A stretch of 64,000 nucleotides of DNA from a virus, in the IMG/VR virus record IMGVR_UViG_3300045988_173726, positions 200,604-264,603 of that record. One strand, written 5' to 3'. Positions within the stretch are counted from its first letter, which is position 1; each line of letters begins with the position of its first letter. Made by a program: the position numbers and the translations under genes. This document shows positions 18,230-23,868 of the stretch, in pieces. Below the pieces are notes generated by a model that saw only the letters and a list, made by a program, of their open reading frames with translations, was not told where the DNA came from and did not search any database.

Positions 18230-18907
18230 TTGTTTGAGAAATTGTATGGGCGATACAAAAATGTATTTGATGGCATATTAGTAGCCTTTGCGCTAGTTGT
18301 ATTTGTTTGCTTTGTCTTATTGTTTTGTGGGTGGGTCAGCCCGTCTTGCAAGCGGCATAGTCCCATCACAAGTTCCGTGAAAGTAAGCTTCGAGTCAGTA
18401 ACGCTTTGTTATTATTCATACTCTCCTGTTAGCTGTAGTTGGATGTACGGAGACAATATAGCGAGTCCAGAGCCGACAGTTGGGGCAGTCGGAATAATGT
18501 CTAAAAGCGAATTGTATTCCTATCCGTCTTTCCCTTTAACTGTAACAGACAGCAATAGCGGTTCTAAGATGGCTGGTTGCGCTCTTCTTGTGAACAATAA
18601 TCCCGCAGATTGCAGTGTTTATCTGGACAGTGACAATACGCTTTCTGCCGAAGCTAAATTCGAGTGTTCGAAGGAACAGCTAGGTATATTGGGCGGTCGT
18701 GTTAGGTTTAGTGGCTTGACTTACGGGAAGAACTATGTGTTTGACGGAAAGAGATTGGATGTGCAAGAGGACGGCACAGCGGTCGGAGAGTTTGTGTCTA
18801 TGGACGTTTACGGAGGGGTTTATTATATCCCGCTATTGGAAGTTGATGCAGGAGAGCAGATTAGTCTATTGGAGATAGGAGTCAAGAGACTCGTTCCTTG
18901 GGATTAA
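18230..18907 (+). CDS. TM-anchored beta-domain family paralog
   Basis: TM 'ILVAFALVVFVCFVLLFCGWV'. C-terminal 'VRFSGLTYGKNYVFDGKRLDVQEDGTAVGEFVSMDVYG'. Confidence 0.6.
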   Translation: MFEKLYGRYKNVFDGILVAFALVVFVCFVLLFCGWVSPSCKRHSPITSSVKVSFESVTLCYYSYSPVSCSWMYGDNIASPEPTVGAVGIMSKSELYSYPSFPLTVTDSNSGSKMAGCALLVNNNPADCSVYLDSDNTLSAEAKFECSKEQLGILGGRVRFSGLTYGKNYVFDGKRLDVQEDGTAVGEFVSMDVYGGVYYIPLLEVDAGEQISLLEIGVKRLVPWD

Positions 18908-18963
18908 CGGCGGTATGCGTTAAGCGTGCAGAAGTTAGATAGTGTGAGTTTGGAGGTGTAATT

Positions 18964-19071
18964 GTGAAGTTTAATCGAACGGCAGTCAGTATGGTTGTAG
19001 TTATCTGTATAGGACTTTTAATATTGAGTGTGCTTTCATTTGTTGAGGCAGGGGGTTTAGGTAGAATATGA
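18964..19071 (+). CDS. Small TM peptide (35 aa), not in ORF track
   Basis: GTG sits behind RBS 'ggaggtg'. Product 'VKFNRTAVSMVVVICIGLLILSVLSFVEAGGLGRI'. Stop overlaps ATG 19068 (ATGA). Confidence 0.3.
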   Translation: MKFNRTAVSMVVVICIGLLILSVLSFVEAGGLGRI

Positions 19072-19913
19072 TTGTAACAGCGGAGACTTTTATTCCTGCC
19101 CTTTTGGGGATTATGCTTGGCTTGATGGTGATATTTATTGCCAGCCTTTGGGTAATCAAGCGTTATGTGTTGTCTGCCTCTCTTGCTATATTAGCCGCAT
19201 GTGCGGTATTTACTGTATTTATAGGCTCTATCATATGGTTTTGCAACGATGCTCCAGTAGATAAGCCAGATTTTATACCTAGGGCAAGTAACGAAGTAAT
19301 TTCTGGCAGTAACACTAGTATTAACTTCGAATCCTTAACAGTTACAGGCTATTCTGTTGGTTCTCCAGTTCCCTGTAGTTACTCTTCTAACGGGAGTGTA
19401 GGCGGTTCAGCTTCGATTCAGAGTGGTAGTGTTAATGGAGATATGAATACTAGCTTTAATTGGTATGCCTATCCTATGACCGTGCCTGTTGATAGCCAAA
19501 ATTCTGGGAGCTTAGTGTCTTTTGGCATTCTGTTTGATAACTTGTCAGCTAATTGCAGTGTAAATCTTTCTTCTCCTGCTACAAACGGAGACAACAAGTA
19601 TATTTTGAACGCGAAAGCCGACTTTAATAACGGGGTGTCAGAGTCGTTTGGAATTGCTGGTGGTAAGGTGCGGTTTAGCGGGTTGCAGTACGGAAAGAGT
19701 TATGCTTTTGGTGATAAGAGCCTTACAGTGGCAGAGGATGGAACGGCAGAGGTAGAGTTTACTGTTCCAGACTACGGGTATGTGGACAGTATGTTTCCAG
19801 ATTTGTATTCGGTTAGGCTTGTAAAAGCCGAGGGAAATTCCTTGGAGACAGAGTTAATTTTGTATGTGAAGCGTCCAATAAAGAGGGCTGTGGATGTGCG
19901 AGCGGGGAAGTGA
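19068..19913 (+). CDS. TM-anchored beta-domain family paralog (two N-terminal TM helices)
   Basis: TMs 'LLGIMLGLMVIFIASLWVI' and 'LAILAACAVFTVFIGSIIWF'. C-terminal 'VRFSGLQYGKSYAFGDKSLTVAEDGTAEVEFTVPDYG'. Confidence 0.6.
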   Translation: MIVTAETFIPALLGIMLGLMVIFIASLWVIKRYVLSASLAILAACAVFTVFIGSIIWFCNDAPVDKPDFIPRASNEVISGSNTSINFESLTVTGYSVGSPVPCSYSSNGSVGGSASIQSGSVNGDMNTSFNWYAYPMTVPVDSQNSGSLVSFGILFDNLSANCSVNLSSPATNGDNKYILNAKADFNNGVSESFGIAGGKVRFSGLQYGKSYAFGDKSLTVAEDGTAEVEFTVPDYGYVDSMFPDLYSVRLVKAEGNSLETELILYVKRPIKRAVDVRAGK

Positions 19914-19943
19914 ATTTGGCTAAAAATTTTCCTGTAAAAACAG

Positions 19944-19972
19944 TTGACAGCTTAGAGGCAATCTGCTAGACT
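19944..19972 (+). promoter_or_regulatory. Sigma70-like promoter for the tRNA array
   Basis: TTGACA (19944-19949), 17-nt spacer, TAGACT (19967-19972), about 165 nt upstream of the first tRNA. Confidence 0.6.
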
Positions 19973-20135
19973 ATGGTTGTGGTTAAGAGAGAGGCGGGAG
20001 CGGCTGAATCGTCATGGGACTTTTACAGGTTCTGCGCATCTCAAGACCACTTAAGAGAGGGGATAGCGTTATCTCCTAGCGCAGAGGGTACTGCGGGATG
20101 CGCGGCGTTTAACAGAGTTTAAGCGCCGTAAGGAA

Positions 20136-20208
20136 CGGGATGTGGCTCAAGTGGTAGAGCGCTTGCTTTGGGAGCAAGACGTTGCAGGTTCAAGTCCTGT
20201 CATTCCGA
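20136..20208 (+). tRNA. tRNA-Pro (anticodon TGG)
   Basis: Hand-folded cloverleaf: acceptor cgggatg/cattccg, D gctc/gagc, anticodon stem cttgc/gcaag with loop tttggga, T gcagg-ttcaagt-cctgt. 73 nt. Confidence 0.85.
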
Positions 20209-20281
20209 TTTACCGTATGGGGATGTACGGTAAGCCACTTTGCCTCCTTACAATGTGGGATTTTCCAGACGGATAGACGGT

Positions 20282-20347
20282 GTGGCGGTAGTGTAGAGGG
20301 AGCATGACGCTAAGGCGTAGGAGCGGGTTCGAGCCTCGCCCGTCACA
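20282..20347 (+). ncRNA. Shortened tRNA-like module (no 7-nt anticodon loop)
   Basis: Acceptor gtggcgg/ccgtcac, T arm gcggg-ttcgagc-ctcgc and a GG-containing D-like arm. The central arm is only acgc-taag-gcgt (4 bp, 4-nt loop). 66 nt. Confidence 0.45.
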
Positions 20348-20423
20348 TTAGCTGACTTCGGTCAGCGAACATTTTCCTCATCTCCAACAAACAGAGCGGC
20401 GAGTGCGTGAATACCATTCGCCT

Positions 20424-20472
20424 CGGATACGCGACATATGGTCGCCGCTGGGTGCAAGTCCTAGGTATCCGA
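20424..20472 (+). ncRNA. Mini tRNA-like module (acceptor + one hairpin + T arm)
   Basis: Acceptor cggatac/gtatccg, hairpin gcgac-atatg-gtcgc, T-like arm ctggg-tgcaagt-cctag. 49 nt. Confidence 0.4.
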
Positions 20473-20528
20473 TTTGCTAGAGCATCCGTGAACAGTGCTT
20501 TAGCGGTTAACCAATCAAATTGTCTTGG

Positions 20529-20587
20529 AAGTCAGTAGTTTAGTGGTAAAACGCTTTGAGACGCGGGTTCGAGTCCCGTCTGACTTC
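20529..20587 (+). ncRNA. Shortened tRNA-like module (anticodon arm missing)
   Basis: Acceptor aagtcag/ctgactt, canonical D arm gttt-agtggta-aaac, T arm gcggg-ttcgagt-cccgt. Only about 10 nt (gctttgagac) lie between the D and T arms. 59 nt. Confidence 0.45.
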
Positions 20588-20657
20588 TTCCGTCCCTCGG
20601 AATTTCCCCCGTTGGCTTGAGAAGGCTCACCGACACACAACTCCGAGGAGACGGTTT

Positions 20658-20703
20658 ACGGGCGCGGTAAGGCGCAGTGGGGGTTCAACTTCCCCCGCCC
20701 GTT
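20658..20703 (+). ncRNA. Mini tRNA-like module (acceptor + T arm)
   Basis: Acceptor acgggcg/cgcccgt, T arm ggggg-ttcaact-tcccc, 14-nt connector. 46 nt. Confidence 0.4.
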
Positions 20704-20765
20704 CTGTGCGGTCGTTGTCTTGCAAAATACCTGCCAAGTGAGACAGCGCTCCGCACTCCCCCCAA

Positions 20766-20839
20766 GGAAAGGTGGCTCAATAGGTGAGAGCATTCGGCTC
20801 ATAACCGAACGGTTGCGGGTTCGAGTCCCGCCCTTTCCA
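20766..20839 (+). tRNA. tRNA with CAT anticodon (Met, or Ile2 if lysidinylated)
   Basis: Acceptor ggaaagg/cctttcc, D gctc/gagc, anticodon stem ttcgg/ccgaa with loop ctcataa, T gcggg-ttcgagt-cccgc. 74 nt. Confidence 0.85.
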
Positions 20840-20852
20840 CTAGAGTTTTTAG

Positions 20853-20916
20853 ACGACAGTAGTTTACGGGAATGCGCCAAAGGCGCGGAGAGAGGTTCGA
20901 TTCCTTTCCTGTCGTA
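20853..20916 (+). ncRNA. Shortened tRNA-like module (triloop hairpin in place of anticodon arm)
   Basis: Acceptor acgacag/ctgtcgt, T arm agagg-ttcgatt-ccttt. The central hairpin is gcgcc-aaa-ggcgc. 64 nt. Confidence 0.4.
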
Positions 20917-20984
20917 TAGCCGTAGTTCCGTGATACTCCATATCTGCTACGGTGAATCCTTTCTGGTACCTGCTGGTGCTTGGT

Positions 20985-21049
20985 TGTGCGGTAGCTTAAC
21001 GGCTAGAGCTAGGCGTAGTCCGATGCGGGTTCGACTCCCGCCTGCACAA
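20985..21049 (+). ncRNA. Shortened tRNA-like module (anticodon arm missing)
   Basis: Acceptor tgtgcgg/ctgcaca (one G-U), D arm gctt-aacggcta-gagc, T arm gcggg-ttcgact-cccgc. Only 15 nt lie between D and T, and no 5-bp/7-nt arm is possible. 65 nt. Confidence 0.45.
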
Positions 21050-21093
21050 TTTGTCCGAAGGTCGGGCAAAAATACTATGGTTTCGATTACTCG

Positions 21094-21159
21094 GTAGGGC
21101 GTTCGTTTAAGCGGAAAGACGGCATATTGCCATGTAGGTTCGACTCCTACGCGCCTACT
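21094..21159 (+). ncRNA. Shortened tRNA-like module (triloop hairpin in place of anticodon arm)
   Basis: T arm gtagg-ttcgact-cctac, acceptor-like stem gtagggc/gc(g)cctac with a 1-nt bulge, central hairpin ggca-tat-tgcc. Confidence 0.35.
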
Positions 21160-21223
21160 CGTAACTGTAGAGTTTGGTTGGGCTTTGCAGTTACGGGATA
21201 CAAGCCCAGAGTTTGTATCCTAC

Positions 21224-21297
21224 GCTTTGTTAGTTCAGTTGGGAGAACGCACGGCTGTAAAGCGTGGTCGCCATTGGTTCGAGTCCAATACAGAGCG
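21224..21297 (+). tRNA. tRNA, anticodon GTA by position (Tyr), short variable loop
   Basis: Acceptor gctttgt/acagagc (one G-U), D gttc-agttggga-gaac, anticodon stem cacg(g)/(g)cgtg with loop ctgtaaa, T attgg-ttcgagt-ccaat. The 31-39 pair is G-G. The lack of a long variable arm is atypical for bacterial tRNA-Tyr. Confidence 0.55.
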
Positions 21298-21326
21298 TTA
21301 GACCATATGGTCTAAAGAGTTTATCT

Positions 21327-21405
21327 GCTGTCGTGGTGGAATAGGTATACACGGCGGACTTAAAATCCGCTGGCTTCGAGCCATGTTCAAATCCGACCGT
21401 CAGCA
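21327..21405 (+). pseudogene. tRNA-Leu(TAA)-like, degenerate T stem
   Basis: The anticodon arm gcgga-cttaaaa-tccgc and the variable hairpin ggct-tcg-agcc are good. The 5' strand of the T stem, expected to pair with ccgac, is absent (ccatg). The acceptor has one T-T mismatch. Confidence 0.4.
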
Positions 21406-21567
21406 TTGCTTGTGCCATAGATGCCCTAAGTATTGTTCCTTGGAGCAGGATGCAGGCATCACAAGTAGAACTTCCGTCTAAGCGAGGCGAATGCTCCAGT
21501 CCTTGCGATGACGGGGAGAGCCGAAGTTCAAATCATTAGAGTAGGCATAGTTATAGGCTTTCAGTGT

Positions 21568-21655
21568 GGAGAGGTACTCAAGTGGTTTAAGAGAACGGTC
21601 TTGAAAACCGTGAGGTCGTGAAAACGGCGCGAGGGTTCAAATCCCTCCTTCTCCG
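21568..21655 (+). tRNA. tRNA-Ser (anticodon TGA)
   Basis: Class II fold: acceptor ggagagg/cttctcc, anticodon stem acggt/accgt with loop cttgaaa, long variable arm, T gaggg-ttcaaat-ccctc. 88 nt. Confidence 0.85.
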
Positions 21656-21795
21656 TTAGAGGTGTTTTGCTGGTTCACCTCTAAACCTCCTTCTTTTTGG
21701 AAACAGCCGTTCGCTTATTTCGGGCAAGATAAGCGGAAAAGTAAGTACTGTGGCTAAGGACGCAGTGTTTACCAGAGGGATGGCGACCCTCATAT

Positions 21796-21883
21796 GGAGA
21801 GATACTCAAGTTGGTGAAGAGGACAGGTTGCTAACCTGTTAGGTCGCGAAAGTGGCGCAAGGGTTCAAGCCCCTTTCTCTCCG
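21796..21883 (+). tRNA. tRNA-Ser (anticodon GCT)
   Basis: Acceptor ggagaga/tctctcc, anticodon stem acagg/cctgt with loop ttgctaa, long variable arm, T aaggg-ttcaagc-ccctt. 88 nt. Confidence 0.85.
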
Positions 21884-21940
21884 TTCTGCCGTTTATTTCC
21901 CTAAGTGTGTGCTTTGGGAGCGAGCGGCAGTATTAAACAG

Positions 21941-21992
21941 TCCTATATAGATGTATTAAACTCAAGATAGTTTAGCATCTCCCTGTAGGACG
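21941..21992 (+). repeat. Structured ~52-nt direct repeat, copy 1
   Basis: 'tcctatatagatgtattaaactcaagatagtttagcatctccctgtaggacg'. Its ends pair (tccta/tagga, agatg/catct). A near-identical copy lies at 22386-22436. Confidence 0.75.
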
Positions 21993-22148
21993 TAGATTAC
22001 TTGCCTCGTGTGAGCGTAAAGCGTTCACAGAAAAGTATGGGCGTTGCACACGCGCCTATGCACTGCAGAATGCCGCACTGTAAATGCGGAAGCCGAATGG
22101 CATAAAGTGTCTGCGGGGACAGTGGCTAGGGCGGGCGCTGTCCGATTT

Positions 22149-22222
22149 GAGGCTGTAGCTTATCTGGATAAAGCGACAGATTCCTAATCTGTAGACGGTA
22201 GGTTCGAGTCCTATCAGCCTCA
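22149..22222 (+). tRNA. tRNA-Arg (anticodon CCT)
   Basis: Acceptor gaggctg/cagcctc, D gctt/aagc, anticodon stem acaga/tctgt with loop ttcctaa, T gtagg-ttcgagt-cctat. 74 nt. Confidence 0.85.
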
Positions 22223-22229
22223 TTGTTTT

Positions 22230-22301
22230 GCCGTGATAGCACAATGGCAGTGCATTTGATTTGTAATCAAAAGGTTATCGGTTCGAGTCCGATTTGCGGC
22301 T
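22230..22301 (+). tRNA. tRNA-Thr (anticodon TGT)
   Basis: Acceptor gccgtga/ttgcggc (two G-U), D gcac/gtgc, anticodon stem tttga/tcaaa with loop tttgtaa, T atcgg-ttcgagt-ccgat. 72 nt. Confidence 0.8.
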
Positions 22302-22304
22302 TAT

Positions 22305-22384
22305 GCCCGCATGGTGGAATAGGCAGACACGCTGGATTTAGGTTCCAGTGGGAAACCGTGTAGGTTCAAATCCTACTGTGGGCA
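22305..22384 (+). tRNA. tRNA-Leu (anticodon TAG)
   Basis: Acceptor gcccgca/tgtgggc, anticodon stem ctgga/tccag with loop tttaggt, 11-nt variable arm, T gtagg-ttcaaat-cctac. 80 nt. Confidence 0.8.
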
Positions 22385-22385
22385 T

Positions 22386-22436
22386 TCCTATACAGATGTA
22401 TCAACACAAGATAGTTGGGCATCTCCCTGTAGGATG
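22386..22436 (+). repeat. Structured ~52-nt direct repeat, copy 2
   Basis: 'tcctatacagatgtatcaacacaagatagttgggcatctccctgtaggatg' lies immediately 3' of tRNA-Leu(TAG). Confidence 0.75.
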
Positions 22437-22511
22437 CGTGGCTATCGTAGTTGTTTACCCCTTATGACTGCGGTAGCCCCTTTGTTTGTATAGGGGATAG
22501 AGGAGGTAGAG

Positions 22512-22853
22512 ATGAGCGAAAGACAGGGAGATATGAGTTATAAGGGCTTTGTGGGCGAGGTCAAGTATTCGGAAGAGGACGGAAAGTTTATCGGTCGAGT
22601 GCTTGATATTGAGGATGCAGAGCTTGAGTTTGCGGGTAGCTCCGTGAGTGAGTTGCAGGAGGGCTTTCGTGCGGTGGTTGACCGTTATCTGGAGCTTAAG
22701 GGTGACGACCAAGATGTAGAAATCGAGGTTACGCTAAAGAAAAGCCTTTTGCGGGCGGTTGTAGAGTGTGCGGAAGAGCAGGAAGTGACGATTGACGAGT
22801 TTGTGAGCGCGGCGCTGTTTGACTATTGCAGTGCGAATTACGGGGAAGAGTAA
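22512..22853 (+). CDS. hicB: HicB-family antitoxin-like protein with C-terminal RHH
   Basis: 'YKGFVGEVKYSEEDGKFIGRVLDIEDAELEFAGSSVSELQEGFRAVVDRYLEL' fits the HicB-like fold pattern. The C terminus 'VTLKKSLLRAVVECAEEQEVTIDEFVSAAL' is RHH-like. Strong RBS 'gaggagg'. No HicA-like ORF is adjacent. Confidence 0.6.
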   Translation: MSERQGDMSYKGFVGEVKYSEEDGKFIGRVLDIEDAELEFAGSSVSELQEGFRAVVDRYLELKGDDQDVEIEVTLKKSLLRAVVECAEEQEVTIDEFVSAALFDYCSANYGEE

Positions 22854-22859
22854 CGCGCG

Positions 22860-23849
22860 GTGATTACGAATAGAGTATTTTCGGCAGTAAAACAGAGCCT
22901 TGACAAAGCGACCAGTGCAGAGGATGTACTGGTCGTTGCTGTATCTGGGGGCGCGGATAGTATGTGTTTATTAGACACTGTGCGACAGATACGGAGACAG
23001 GTCGGGAAAGTAGTTGTGTGTCACTTGCATCATGGGGTAAGGACGGACGGTAGTGCAGAGCGGGATATGCTCTTGGTAAAGGGGTATTGTGACGGATGCG
23101 GGATACCCTTCTTTTATCGGCGGGTAGATGTGCCGAGTATTGTAGAGGAAACGGGGAAGTCGGCAGAGCTTGTCGGGAGAGAGCTTCGGTATCGGTTTTT
23201 TAACGAGGTAGGGTCGTGTTACGGTTCGTATAAGATTCTGACTGGGGCAAATGCGAATGATTCTGTAGAGACAGTGCTTATGCACTTAATTCGTGGGGCT
23301 TCGGTAGATGGTTTATGCGGGATACGGGAAGTAAACGGTAGGGTAGTTCGTCCTTTGGTCGGGGTAAGTCGGAGAGAGATAGAGGCTTATGTTAAGGGAA
23401 ACGGAGTTCCGTATAGCATAGACCCTACAAACCTAGAAGTAGAGTATACGAGAAACAAGGTTAGATTAGAGCTACTCCCGTATATCGAGGGGAATTTGAA
23501 TCCTAACATCGTGAATACGCTTTTAAGTAGCATAAAGTCGTTTTCGGAGGACAGTGAGACGCTTAATCGGCTTACGGAGAGGGCGTATCAGAAGTATTTA
23601 CTTAGGGATACGGGGAAGGAGCGAGTGTTTTCGCTTAGTCTTTTAGGTGAAGATAGGTCGATAGTGAAGCGGGTACTGCTTAGAGCAGTACGAGAGGTGC
23701 TTAACACAACGCAGTTTAGCTTTAAGACAGCGATGATAGATAAGCTACTGGATAGCCCGCTTACAGATGGCAGGACTCGGCAGGTAAGTTTATCAAAGCG
23801 CCTAAAGGTAGTTGTATCAAAGGGAAGGATAGCAGTCATTTCGGAGTGA
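22860..23849 (+). CDS. tilS: tRNA(Ile)-lysidine synthetase (TilS), PP-loop ATPase
   Basis: PP-loop 'VAVSGGADSMCLL', plus 'CHLHHGVR' and 'GRELRYRFF'. Length and order are typical of the TilS N-terminal and substrate-binding domains. Confidence 0.8.
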   Translation: MITNRVFSAVKQSLDKATSAEDVLVVAVSGGADSMCLLDTVRQIRRQVGKVVVCHLHHGVRTDGSAERDMLLVKGYCDGCGIPFFYRRVDVPSIVEETGKSAELVGRELRYRFFNEVGSCYGSYKILTGANANDSVETVLMHLIRGASVDGLCGIREVNGRVVRPLVGVSRREIEAYVKGNGVPYSIDPTNLEVEYTRNKVRLELLPYIEGNLNPNIVNTLLSSIKSFSEDSETLNRLTERAYQKYLLRDTGKERVFSLSLLGEDRSIVKRVLLRAVREVLNTTQFSFKTAMIDKLLDSPLTDGRTRQVSLSKRLKVVVSKGRIAVISE

Positions 23850-23868
23850 CGCGCGGGGGATTTGGAAG

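Noticed and set aside
21406-21567. Long-range pairing (tggagca/tgctcca) and a T-loop-like 'agttcaaatca', which suggested another tRNA or a tmRNA-like RNA.
   Set aside because: No cloverleaf or tmRNA features (tRNA-like domain plus tag ORF) could be assembled by hand. Left unannotated.
22040-22148. Possible additional tRNA-Tyr: a perfect anticodon-arm-like hairpin, ccgca-ctgtaaa-tgcgg, at about 22064-22080, preceded by a D-arm-like segment.
   Set aside because: I could find no T arm or matching 3' acceptor strand downstream on either strand, so I did not call a tRNA. It may be a fragment or another structured element.
20556-22244. Track ORFs within the tRNA region: 20556..20741, 20656..20880(-), 20720..21097, 21127..21315, 21230..21418(-) and 22056..22244(-).
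   Set aside because: They overlap hand-folded tRNAs and tRNA-like modules. They are R/P/S-rich read-throughs of structured RNA sequence, and they lack RBSs.
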